NCBI GenBank assembly: GCA_965215015.1
Contig: OZ244042.1
Span: 2,272,001 to 2,336,000 of the forward strand
Reading direction: 5' to 3'
Origin: Candidatus Poribacteria bacterium
GTDB lineage: Bacteria; Poribacteria; WGA-4E; PCPOR2b
DNA: 64,000 bases
Shown: positions 10,472 to 19,257 of the stretch, one piece after another
Layout of the letters: each line of letters begins with the position of its first letter
Position numbering within the stretch: position 1 is the stretch's first letter
Translations under genes and position numbers: made by a program
The notes under the pieces: model-generated
Database searches by the model: none
Told to the model about the DNA's origin: nothing
The model's input: only the letters and a program-made list of their open reading frames with translations

Positions 10472-10813
10472 CTAACCGACTGCCGCAGCGACAATGAGTC
10501 CCAACGCGATGATTACACCGGCAACGGCAATGCCCGCCGCCGTATTGTTATCTTCAGCGATCTGATGATCGAGGTCAAAGGGGGTAACCAGGTCAAAAAT
10601 TTTATAGCCGACCATCAAAACAATCACCCCGACGATGCTGAAAACAACGCTTTCGACGATAAGCAGCGCGAGATGTTTGAGATCAATGAACGTCGCGCCC
10701 GCTGCCGGGCCTTCACCTGTTTCCTGTGCATTGACCGGGGTTGACCACATTGATGCGGCAACGATGCAACCAATCGCTATACAAAAACTGAGCAGAACAA
10801 TTTTCTTTGCCAT
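10472..10813 (-). CDS. DUF350 family membrane protein
   Basis: Signal peptide, then TM-KIFDLVTPFDLDHQIAEDNNTAAGI-TM. Confidence 0.85.
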   Translation of the reverse strand: MAKKIVLLSFCIAIGCIVAASMWSTPVNAQETGEGPAAGATFIDLKHLALLIVESVVFSIVGVIVLMVGYKIFDLVTPFDLDHQIAEDNNTAAGIAVAGVIIALGLIVAAAVG

Positions 10814-10940
10814 TTGCTTTCTCCTTTTAATCTTCGTTTGGGGTGCGGAATCTCAAAACCTCGTAACAGATTCACACTCTATCATAGTGTTAAGTCCAAA
10901 AGCAACAGAAAAATCAAGAAAGTCTGGGGAAAATGGGGAA

Positions 10941-11960
10941 TTATCCCTTCACAATTTCCGCACGAACAAAGTGATAGCCAACCGCACCGGCGGGATCCTC
11001 ATCGAAGCCGGCCTCCTTTTGCGTCAACCCATCGGTGGCGATGGCTCTGGCGGAAATCTCTATCTCTCCCGGACTATCAGGCACCTGCCACCTATATTTC
11101 CAAAGATACCATGTCAGCGGCGAGTGGCTCCCCCAAATCTCCGTTGCCTCCCAAGTGTTGACATCATCGACGCTGGTGGTGATACCGTCATCGATGCTCA
11201 CTTCAACCCGCGCAATCCCTCCATGGTTGCCACTATCAAAGGCGGCACCGCTGATCGTACATGTCGCACCGGCTTGGATGGTCTCATCATTGCTGGGGGT
11301 GCCAATTACGGTTGCCAGTTTGACGCGCGCCACGGGATCCCAACCTCGTTCCTCCCAATACCCTACGTGCGATTCCGCTAGCATGATGTTCATAATCCAT
11401 TTCGGATTTTTCGTGCCGTAATGACCGGGGTTAAGCAAGCGAACCGGGAAGCCGTGCTCAGCGGGGAGGGGTTCGCCATTCATTTTGTATACCAAGAGCA
11501 CCTCCTCGCGAAGGGCGCGATCTATCGGGACCGCCGTATGATAATTGTCAGCACAGCGGAATACCACAACCTTTGCCGCTGCCTTGATTCCTGCCTTATC
11601 AAGGATATTCCGCAGGGGTACACCGGTCCACATCGCATTACTCATCTGCTCGGTGCCAATCGGATCGCCGATGCACTTAAGCGTCCGCATTGTCGTTACG
11701 GACTCCATGCCCGTTACATCCTCATAATTCAACATAATCGGCTTTTCGACTAACCCTGTTATCCCGATTTTCCAGTGCTCGGATGTGAGAGTTGGCACCT
11801 CTCCGATTTGAAGGACATAAAACTTGTCGTTTGGCGTAATCATCGATGCCGGTTTCAGTATCTCTTTAGGAATGTCGTTTTCAGGGTGCAGAGAGCGGAG
11901 CGGTAGCGTTAAACCTCCTACACCCACTGCGGCGACTTGAATGAATTTTCTGCGGTTCAT
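10941..11960 (-). CDS. Tat-exported molybdopterin-dependent oxidoreductase (sulfite oxidase family)
   Basis: MNRRKFI twin-arginine signal; TLKCIG Mo-ligand Cys; MNGEPLPAEHGFPVRLL, GTKNPKW and GYWEERGW motifs. Confidence 0.9.
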   Translation of the reverse strand: MNRRKFIQVAAVGVGGLTLPLRSLHPENDIPKEILKPASMITPNDKFYVLQIGEVPTLTSEHWKIGITGLVEKPIMLNYEDVTGMESVTTMRTLKCIGDPIGTEQMSNAMWTGVPLRNILDKAGIKAAAKVVVFRCADNYHTAVPIDRALREEVLLVYKMNGEPLPAEHGFPVRLLNPGHYGTKNPKWIMNIMLAESHVGYWEERGWDPVARVKLATVIGTPSNDETIQAGATCTISGAAFDSGNHGGIARVEVSIDDGITTSVDDVNTWEATEIWGSHSPLTWYLWKYRWQVPDSPGEIEISARAIATDGLTQKEAGFDEDPAGAVGYHFVRAEIVKG

Positions 11961-12013
11961 GGTCTTCTCCAGCGTCATTATTTATATGGAAAAAGGTCTC
12001 ATTCATCTATCAC

Positions 12014-13210
12014 TTAAGGCGAAGTTAAGCGTTCGAGGGCCGATGTTACCTCAGGGTCATCGGATAAAAGCTGGGCAAGTTCACGAAGATGTTCCAGTGC
12101 CGAATCCACATTCCCAATCTTTTCATGTGCAAGGGCAAGATTATACTTTGCGTCAAGCAGGGTCGCGTCTGCTTCTAGCGCACTTTCAAGGGCCTGAACT
12201 GCCAAATTCGGTTTGTTTATTGTCAAGTACAAAACTCCCAGATTGGAGTGTGGAGTTGCGGGTTTCCCGGAATGTGTTATCGCAAGCTCAAATTCGCTTT
12301 GGGCGCGCCTATCCTCTTCAACGATTAGGTAGATAAAGCCGAGGTTGTTGCGTAGTATGCCGTTTTTTGGTGAGGAGCTGATCCCCTGTCGCAGCGTTGA
12401 ACGAGCCTGATTTAATTCGTTGCGTTTGAAATGGATAATCGCTCGTTGATTCAGTAGATCCGGATTGTCGGGCTGCTGTGCGAGCTCTGATTGGATGTGT
12501 TTAAGCTCGGTTTCATAGCCGACCTTGGGCAGCATAACGTGCACCAATGTTGGAATACGAAATTCCGCACCAAGTTTCAACTCGTACTGGGGCGGACGTA
12601 TGCCGTTATACTGCGCCAATAGCTTCCAATCCCGATATTTTTTGGGAAAAATCCGATTTTCATATACCCGAATTAAATTATAGAGGGTATCGCCTTTGGA
12701 GACTTCATGCCGAATATCAGTGTACTCCCGCACCGGATAGCGTCCAACAAGCAGCCGTGGGTCTGGTTCCGGAATGGGGGTTACCTGTGCAGCTTCGATT
12801 GGCAGCGTTGCTGGGGTTGAAATCTCTGGAGTGGGGGTGGTTTCAACCGCTGATGTTTCCGGTGCTAAGACTTCTGAAGCTGGTGCAGTTTCATCTGTCA
12901 ATATCGCAGGTGCTGAAACCTCTGGCGGAGCAATCACTTTTTTGGGCTGTTTAACTTGGGAAAATTGGACTTTTTTGACTTGGGCGGCCAGCGAATCGAA
13001 AGAGTCTGTTAATGTCTGTGACACTAAGCTCCAAGGGACAGCAAAGATCAGGAGTGCAATCAACCCGCATCCTAACAGAGTCCCTATTATCGGCGGAACT
13101 CGGTTGGTTGATCGGGGGTGTGGCAGAGGGTATAACTGTATCGGCAGTGGTGGGAACGGCAACACGCCGATTTCATTTCGTTTGTGGTTGCTTGCTCTAT
13201 CTTTTTTCAC
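12014..13210 (-). CDS. Membrane-anchored LysM plus TPR repeat protein
   Basis: TM helix, Pro/Thr/Glu-rich linker, LysM (HEVSKGDTL...LAQYNGI...FRIP), then TPRs (RNNLG, HSNLG, KYNLA). Confidence 0.8.
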   Translation of the reverse strand: MKKDRASNHKRNEIGVLPFPPLPIQLYPLPHPRSTNRVPPIIGTLLGCGLIALLIFAVPWSLVSQTLTDSFDSLAAQVKKVQFSQVKQPKKVIAPPEVSAPAILTDETAPASEVLAPETSAVETTPTPEISTPATLPIEAAQVTPIPEPDPRLLVGRYPVREYTDIRHEVSKGDTLYNLIRVYENRIFPKKYRDWKLLAQYNGIRPPQYELKLGAEFRIPTLVHVMLPKVGYETELKHIQSELAQQPDNPDLLNQRAIIHFKRNELNQARSTLRQGISSSPKNGILRNNLGFIYLIVEEDRRAQSEFELAITHSGKPATPHSNLGVLYLTINKPNLAVQALESALEADATLLDAKYNLALAHEKIGNVDSALEHLRELAQLLSDDPEVTSALERLTSP

Positions 13211-13408
13211 AGGCTCCCTCTACGTCAAAGCGTCCTTCATCCGTAACATTCGCTAAATTATAGCAACCGCTAGCATGTGTGTCAAGAGTTTTGATCTTAT
13301 TAGTAGGGGCATTGAGTGCTCCTTTCTGAGGGATGTCCAAATCCCGATACACCCCTCAGACAGAGAGAAAACCGAAAACTAAATAGTCCTATTGTCTTAT
13401 TTTTTCTG

Positions 13409-13438
13409 TTGACAATCTAGAGGTGGATGGTGTATCTT
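13409..13438 (+). promoter_or_regulatory. Candidate sigma70 promoter for ffh
   Basis: TTGACA-N18-TATCTT. Confidence 0.5.
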
Positions 13439-13490
13439 AATCAACTTGTAAACCTGTGGTCATCTAAATAGGGATCAAGAACACCTGTTC

Positions 13491-13513
13491 GTAGTAGCGC
13501 GTTCATTGCGCGT
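13491..13513 (+). repeat. GTAG-family REP palindrome in the ffh leader
   Basis: GTAGTAGCGCGTTCATTGCGCGT. Confidence 0.7.
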
Positions 13514-13562
13514 AACAGGTTTTCATGCAGGCACACATTACGTCTCACGCAAAGGAAATGTC

Positions 13563-14957
13563 ATGTTTGAAAGTTTAACAGGCAAATTGCAAGGCATTCT
13601 CAAAACGCTACGAGGTCAGGGCAAACTAACCGAGAAAAACATATTTGATGCACTACGAGAGGTGCGGCTCGCATTGCTTGAGGCGGATGTTGATTACAAG
13701 ACTGTCCGCGAATTTATCAACGGGATCAGAGCACGATCTATCGGTCAGGAGATGCTCGGCAGCTTTACCTCAGATCTTCAGATAGCAAAGATTATTGGTG
13801 ATGAACTCACAAAACTGATGGGGGAGGCAGCCGCACCAATCACTATAGCACCAAGTGGGCCAACAATCATTTTGATGGTCGGTCTACAAGGTGGTGGGAA
13901 AACAACAGCTTCAGCCAAACTTGCACTGAGATTCAAATCAGAGGGTAGAAATCCCCTTTTGGTCGCAGCAGATATTTATCGCCCGGCGGCGATTAAACAG
14001 CTGCAATTGCTTGGAGAACAGATTGATGTCCCCGTATTTTCGATGGGCCCTGAGTTCCCCCCGACGACCATTATTCAAGCTGCTGTTAAGCAAGCCTTGA
14101 ATCGTCGGAATAATTTCGTCATCATCGACACAGCGGGGCGGCTACATATCAACGAAGAGTTGATGGATGAGTTGCGGGAGATTAAGGCCGCCGTCAATCC
14201 GACTGAAATTTTACTTGTCGTTGATGCGATGACCGGACAAGATGCGGTGAACGTTGCCCGACATTTTAACGACAACTTGCACATTGACGGTGTTATCCTG
14301 ACCAAGTTGGATGGCGATGCACGCGGTGGGGCAGCACTCTCCATTCGTTCCGTAACACAGAAACCGATCAAGTTTGTTGGCGTTGGCGAGAAGATTGATG
14401 CGACGACGTTGGAGGAGTTCCATCCAGATCGGATGGCTTCTCGGATACTCGGAGAGGGCGACTTTGCGACCCTGCTCGAAAGGGCTGAATCTGTTTTTAG
14501 CCAAGATCAAGCGGAAGAGCTAGAGCGTAAGCTGCTTGAGCAAGCGGGTTTAGATTTCAATGACCTGCTCATTCAGCTTGAGCAAATTAAGAATATGGGC
14601 CCATTGGACCAACTCATTGAGATGATCCCCGGTGTCAATAAGCTTCCAATGCAAAACATGCAGGTTGATGAATCGCAGTTAAAGTACACCAAAGCAATGA
14701 TTCAGTCGATGACGCCGATGGAACGTCGAAATTCACGTCTCCTGGATAGCAGCCGTCGGCTTCGGATTGCCAAGGGGAGTGGTACAACGGTCCGCCAAGT
14801 CAATCAATTGGTAGATCAACTTAAATTCATGAATCGCATGATGAAGCAACACCCGATGGTGGATGTGCCTCAACTTGGTGCCGGCGGCGGTGGTTCTACG
14901 AAAATTAAAGGAAAACCAAGAAAACGTAGAAAAAGGAAAAGGCGTAAATCACGCTAA
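13563..14957 (+). CDS. ffh: Signal recognition particle protein Ffh
   Basis: MFESL start, ALLEADV, GLQGGGKTT, DTAGR, TKLDGDARGGAALS, M-domain SRRLRIAKGSG. Confidence 0.97.
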   Translation: MFESLTGKLQGILKTLRGQGKLTEKNIFDALREVRLALLEADVDYKTVREFINGIRARSIGQEMLGSFTSDLQIAKIIGDELTKLMGEAAAPITIAPSGPTIILMVGLQGGGKTTASAKLALRFKSEGRNPLLVAADIYRPAAIKQLQLLGEQIDVPVFSMGPEFPPTTIIQAAVKQALNRRNNFVIIDTAGRLHINEELMDELREIKAAVNPTEILLVVDAMTGQDAVNVARHFNDNLHIDGVILTKLDGDARGGAALSIRSVTQKPIKFVGVGEKIDATTLEEFHPDRMASRILGEGDFATLLERAESVFSQDQAEELERKLLEQAGLDFNDLLIQLEQIKNMGPLDQLIEMIPGVNKLPMQNMQVDESQLKYTKAMIQSMTPMERRNSRLLDSSRRLRIAKGSGTTVRQVNQLVDQLKFMNRMMKQHPMVDVPQLGAGGGGSTKIKGKPRKRRKRKRRKSR

Positions 14958-15143
14958 GTTTGGGATATCGTTTATTTTATTTGTTATCGCTATCACTCGC
15001 TATAATTTGTGCAATCGTCACGGTCAAAATCGTAACAGGGAAAGTCTCAGTTATTTTTGGCGTTTTGCACTTCATGCCTGACCCAACTGGCTGGATATAG
15101 GGATAGCAGAAACTCTCACGAAACACGAAATAGGAGGTAACAT

Positions 15144-15518
15144 TTGGCAGTACGAATTAGGCTTCAGCGGCATGGCAAGAAAAGACGTCCCTTTTATCGG
15201 CTGGTCGCCGCTGACTCTCGAAGCCAAAGAGATGGACGTTTTATCGAACGGATCGGGTATTATGACCCGATGACTGATCCGGCAAACATCGTAATTGATG
15301 CGGAAAAGGCATTAAAATGGTTAAGAACTGGTGCACAACCTTCTGACACAGCCAAGAGCTTGATGTCAAAAGTTGGGGTTTGGGAACAATTTATAAACGA
15401 AAAACTGGGGAAGTCTATACCAACTCCAGAGACAGCAGCAACCCCTGCTTTAGAAGAGGCTTCCAGTGCAGCAGCAGAACCCGTCTCCACTGAAGAATCG
15501 GCAGAAGAGGCGAAATAG
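15144..15518 (+). CDS. rpsP: 30S ribosomal protein S16
   Basis: [18 protein letters not shown]...[14 protein letters not shown]...GAQPSDT; AGGAGG RBS, TTG start. Confidence 0.97.
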   Translation: MAVRIRLQRHGKKRRPFYRLVAADSRSQRDGRFIERIGYYDPMTDPANIVIDAEKALKWLRTGAQPSDTAKSLMSKVGVWEQFINEKLGKSIPTPETAATPALEEASSAAAEPVSTEESAEEAK

Positions 15519-15544
15519 TATCATCGTGTTTTTAGGGGAGTCTC

Positions 15545-15796
15545 ATGCTCAAAGAGTTGATTGAATATCTCGCAAAATCCCTCGTTGATCACCCAGATCA
15601 GGTCAGTGTCAATGAAGTCGAGGGGAACACTGTGACCATTCTCGAACTGAGCGTTGTCCCTGAAGATTTGGGCAAAGTCATTGGGAAACAGGGACGGACA
15701 GCCAAGGCGATGCGATCTCTGCTGCTTGCTGCGGGAGTCAAAGCGCGTAAAAAGGCAATCCTTGAGATTGTAGAACAGCGTTCAGTAGCGGAGTAA
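15545..15796 (+). CDS. khpA: KH-domain RNA-binding protein KhpA (YlqC)
   Basis: EDLGKVIGKQGRTAKAMR motif; located directly after rpsP. Confidence 0.93.
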   Translation: MLKELIEYLAKSLVDHPDQVSVNEVEGNTVTILELSVVPEDLGKVIGKQGRTAKAMRSLLLAAGVKARKKAILEIVEQRSVAE

Positions 15797-15845
15797 GCAT
15801 TTTCAATTTACCGACCCACTATGATGATGAATGAGTGGAAGAGAT

Positions 15846-16253
15846 ATGTCTGTTATTGTCAAAAGACCTGTTATTTTGAAAAATATTGTGACCCCTGCTT
15901 TCAAGGAACAACTCACGAAAGAGTTACAACACGCAATCCGCCAGATTGAAACATGGCTGCAGCAAGAGGAATTCCAAAGCCGACGTTTGATTGCGGAAGC
16001 CCAAAAGCGGGAACCACGCCGCGTCAATCAGTTGCGCGAGGAGATTCACCAAGAACGCGAAAAACAGGAGCAGGTCAAAAGTAATCTTAGCCAGAAATTA
16101 GCGCAGGTCGAGCAACTTGAAATCGATTCCCTGTTTACGAGTGGAACCTATGATGCACCTGTCAAAATTGAGATAGGGAATGACATCCGCGCGAAGCTGT
16201 CTCAGGCAGAAATTATCGTCAAAGATGGAGTGGTCGTCCAGATTATTGAATGA
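15846..16253 (+). CDS. YlqD family protein
   Basis: [13 protein letters not shown]-terminus, coiled coil, [14 protein letters not shown]-terminus; the usual ylqD position. Confidence 0.8.
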   Translation: MSVIVKRPVILKNIVTPAFKEQLTKELQHAIRQIETWLQQEEFQSRRLIAEAQKREPRRVNQLREEIHQEREKQEQVKSNLSQKLAQVEQLEIDSLFTSGTYDAPVKIEIGNDIRAKLSQAEIIVKDGVVVQIIE

Positions 16254-16993
16254 GAATTGACATCATCACCATTTTTCCAGAGGTCATCCTGCCGGTGCTG
16301 CAAGCTGGCATCTTGAAGCGCGCACAAGCGAGAGACATATTGAGTGTCAATGTCTACAACCTGCGCGATTTTACGACAGACCGTCATCAATCGGTCGATG
16401 ACTATCCTTATGGGGGCGGCGCAGGTATGATTCTGAAACCGGAGCCGCTTTTTGCCGCAATTAGAACCCTGCATCCAGAATCAACTGCGCGTATCATTTA
16501 TTTAACTCCACAAGGAACGCCTTTTAATCAGTCATGTGCTGAAGCCCTGTCCCTTGAATCGCATCTTATCTTGATTTGTGGACGCTACAAAGGGATCGAT
16601 GAGCGGGTGCGTATTAAGCTGGTCACCGATGAGATTTCGATAGGCGATTATGTCCTCAGCGGCGGAGAAATTCCGGCACTGATTCTGGTTGATGCGATTG
16701 GTCGAGTTTTGCCGCGTGCACTAGGGAATTATGAATCGGCACAGGGGGATTCATTTAGCCAAGGTTTACTCGATTGCCCGCATTACACGCGCCCCGCTGA
16801 ATATGAGGGGATGAAAGTCCCTGACATCCTGTTGAGCGGGCACCATCAAAACATTACACTTTGGCAACATGAACAGTGCCTCAAGCGAACTGCTGAACGC
16901 CGTCCGGAATTGCTCAAAAACGTAGAACTCTCGGCCGAAGACATTGCCTACCTGAATTCTCTGAAAAATTCAGACGTGACAAGTCAGGTGTAA
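16250..16993 (+). CDS. trmD: tRNA (guanine-N1)-methyltransferase
   Basis: [33 protein letters not shown] and HYTRP motifs. Confidence 0.97.
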   Translation: MRIDIITIFPEVILPVLQAGILKRAQARDILSVNVYNLRDFTTDRHQSVDDYPYGGGAGMILKPEPLFAAIRTLHPESTARIIYLTPQGTPFNQSCAEALSLESHLILICGRYKGIDERVRIKLVTDEISIGDYVLSGGEIPALILVDAIGRVLPRALGNYESAQGDSFSQGLLDCPHYTRPAEYEGMKVPDILLSGHHQNITLWQHEQCLKRTAERRPELLKNVELSAEDIAYLNSLKNSDVTSQV

Positions 16994-17063
16994 GAAGGAC
17001 TTTTGTCTCGATTTTTCCCGCGGCCCATCCCATACTACATCCCATACTAGCAGTAAAGGTGGA

Positions 17064-17230
17064 TTTGTAGTATCGCAATTTATTGCGCGTCCGGATGCCC
17101 AGTCCTCTCGTACGAGCATCAAAGACAGAGTTTGTAGTATCGCAATTTATTGCGCGTCCGGATACCCAGTCATCCCATACGAGCAAGCATCAAAGGCAGA
17201 GTTTGTAGTAGCGCAATTTATTGCGCGTCC
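17064..17230 (+). repeat. Three REP-containing tandem units (about 67-71 bp) between trmD and rplS
   Basis: GTAGTA[T/G]CGCAATTTATTGCGCGTCCG at 17067, 17134 and 17205 with homologous linkers. Confidence 0.85.
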
Positions 17231-17268
17231 GAGGCGATAAACACCCAAATGAAAGGAAGAATCAAGCA

Positions 17269-17610
17269 ATGAATCTTATTGAATCTGTTGAGAGCGAATA
17301 TACCAAAACCGATATCCCTAGTTTTGGACCTGGAGATCTCGTGCGGGTCAACACCCGTATCCGAGAAGGTTCAAAAGAACGTATCCAAGCTTATGAAGGA
17401 ACGGTCATTCGGCGGTCGAATGGTGGGTTGGGTGAGACATTTACTGTCCGTCGCGTTGCCTATGGCGAGGGGAGTGAAAGGACCTTTCCCGCACATTCAC
17501 CAAATATTGAAAGTATTCAAATTATTCGATACGGTGCCATCCGTCGAGCAAAATTGTACTATCTACGAAACCGCACCGGAAGATCTACACGAATCCGTGA
17601 GAAGAGGTAA
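17269..17610 (+). CDS. rplS: 50S ribosomal protein L19
   Basis: [27 protein letters not shown] and RRAKLYYLR motifs; ATG 17269 after AAGGAAG. Confidence 0.97.
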   Translation: MNLIESVESEYTKTDIPSFGPGDLVRVNTRIREGSKERIQAYEGTVIRRSNGGLGETFTVRRVAYGEGSERTFPAHSPNIESIQIIRYGAIRRAKLYYLRNRTGRSTRIREKR

Positions 17611-18262
17611 ATCACTGATAAGAAGTAAACGGGACTCTCCACTAGAAATACAACAGCTTGAACAAACTTTACGACAGCAGGGGTATCAGCGCATTGCAGG
17701 AATTGATGAAGCTGGACGAGGGGCATTAGCCGGTCCTGTTGTCGCAGCAGCCGTTATTCTGCCTATCAACTGTCAGATTTCAGGCGTGACAGATTCAAAG
17801 CAGCTGACACCCAAACAGCGGGCTCGATTGTTTGACGACATCCATCGCACAGCCGTAGCGGTGGAGGTTGGTTGCGTTGACAACAAGGAAATTGATCAGA
17901 TCAATATCCTCCAAGCCACAATGGGTGCGATGGCTCAAGCTATGGCACAAATCACGCCTTCTCCGGATTACGCGCTGGTGGATGGTACCCATCTACCTGA
18001 CATTTCGCTGCCTCGATGCTGCGATCGGGATTCAGAACAACCTGCCAAAGCAATTCCGAAGGGAGATACCCTCGTTCAGTCCATTGCCGCCGCATCGATT
18101 ATCGCAAAAGTCACGCGAGATCGTCTGATGATTGAGTTCGATAAAATCTATCCGGGCTACGACTTCCGAAGCCACAAAGGATACGGTACACTTCTGCATC
18201 GCCAGGCAATTGCCCAACTCGGACCTTGCCCTATCCATCGACATAGTTTTAAGCTTCAGTGA
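17597..18262 (+). CDS. rnhB: Ribonuclease HII (start uncertain: GTG 17597 or CTG 17615)
   Basis: [42 protein letters not shown] and HKGYGT motifs. Confidence 0.93.
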   Translation: MRRGKSLIRSKRDSPLEIQQLEQTLRQQGYQRIAGIDEAGRGALAGPVVAAAVILPINCQISGVTDSKQLTPKQRARLFDDIHRTAVAVEVGCVDNKEIDQINILQATMGAMAQAMAQITPSPDYALVDGTHLPDISLPRCCDRDSEQPAKAIPKGDTLVQSIAAASIIAKVTRDRLMIEFDKIYPGYDFRSHKGYGTLLHRQAIAQLGPCPIHRHSFKLQ

Positions 18263-18263
18263 A

Positions 18264-18647
18264 ATGAGCCATTCCAGAATCAAGGTCGGAAAGATTGGCG
18301 AAGCACTTGCCATCGAGCACTTCAAAGCGCGAAGGTATGAAATTCGCGCCCAGAACTATCGCACGCGTTCAGGTGAGATTGACCTCATTGTTCAACGCGG
18401 CAAACGGGTTGTGTTCGTTGAAGTGAAGACGCGGCGGAGCAGCAAGTTCGGTGTGCCACAGGCGGCTGTCACTCCCGCCAAACAGGAGCAAATTTCTAAA
18501 ATTGCGCTGCATTATTTGCAAACACACAATCTCCTAGATGTCCCCTGCCAATTCGACGTTGTTGCCATTGTGCTATCGTGGAAATTTGAACTCATCAAAC
18601 TGTACCACATTGAAAATGCCTTTGAGTTCTGTGCGGACAAGAATTAA
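18264..18647 (+). CDS. yraN: YraN family (UPF0102) endonuclease-fold protein
   Basis: GKIGE, NYRTRSGEIDLI, VFVEVKTR, FDVVAI and HIENAF motifs. Confidence 0.9.
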   Translation: MSHSRIKVGKIGEALAIEHFKARRYEIRAQNYRTRSGEIDLIVQRGKRVVFVEVKTRRSSKFGVPQAAVTPAKQEQISKIALHYLQTHNLLDVPCQFDVVAIVLSWKFELIKLYHIENAFEFCADKN

Positions 18648-18785
18648 GCCCCCCCAACCCCCAAATACTCACGCGGTATCTCCTCCCCCTGCTTGCGGGG
18701 GGATTGAGGGGGGTAGGCTCAATGAGCCAGGAACTAACGGACAACCCGCCGGATATTTAGCGGGGAGGGCAAGAACGTAAGTCCT
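18648..18785 (+). repeat. Dispersed repeat family C copy carrying one unit of the 41.6-kb tandem repeat and ending in a family-A terminus
   Basis: AGGCTCAATGAGCCAGGAACTAACGGACAACCCGCCGG...GCGGGGAGGGCAAGAACG recurs inverted at 39510-39615 and 46027-46110. Confidence 0.75.
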
Positions 18786-18879
18786 TTCAGGCGGCGATAC
18801 AGGGCGACTCCTCGTGTTAACGTCTAAAAAAACGGTTGAAATTGTTGATTATATCGGGTATAGTTGTTTTGTCTTTCGC

Positions 18880-19030
18880 GAGGGATTTTCACCCTGCCGC
18901 TTGGGGGTGCCCCTCACACCCAAGTGAAAAGTACATGAAAGACACACCGATGAAGAGCTACAAGTTCAAAATGTATCGCCGTCACGGCAACCGTGAGTTA
19001 CGCCAGACCATAGACGGACACGCTGAGGTA
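18880..19030 (+). pseudogene. tnpB: IS200/IS605-family relic: hairpin end plus 5' fragment of tnpB
   Basis: From ATG 18950: MKSYKFKMYRRHGNRELRQTIDGHAEV, resembling the TnpB N-terminus, after which similarity is lost. Preceded by a TTTTCAC..CTTGGG..CCCAAGTGAAAA hairpin. Confidence 0.6.
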
Positions 19031-19129
19031 TCGAGAGAATTAGGTGGGGGGACCTGTCTATGGCACTTATGAACCAGAAGCTATCGCAAGAATTTTGAAA
19101 TAGAAGGGAATATGTTAAGCCTAAATCTT

Positions 19130-19219
19130 CGTTCATGTTAAGAAGTCATGCAACAGCAACCGAGTTTTTTCGGAAAAACTCGGTTGCTGTTACTGTTTTG
19201 CATTCTTTTTACATGAGCC
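19130..19219. mobile_element. MITE family B copy with an 8-bp target site duplication
   Basis: Termini GTTCATGTTAAGAA / TTCTTTTTACATGAGCC, flanked on both sides by TAAATCTT; internal palindrome AACAGCAACCGAGTTTTT..AAAAACTCGGTTGCTGTT. Confidence 0.7.
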
Positions 19220-19257
19220 TAAATCTTATAATTGCGTTTTGTAAAGGAGAACTCTCT

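Noticed and set aside
13440-13562. SRP RNA or riboswitch upstream of ffh; extended ffh start at 13506
   Set aside because: No SRP domain IV motif recognised. The region is a REP, and MFESL at 13563 is the canonical start.
17064-17230. Mini CRISPR array
   Set aside because: The linkers are homologous to each other and the repeat is the dispersed REP.
17279-17596. Long N-terminal extension of RnhB overlapping rplS
   Set aside because: It is an alternate frame of rplS; RNase HII similarity starts only after about 17640.
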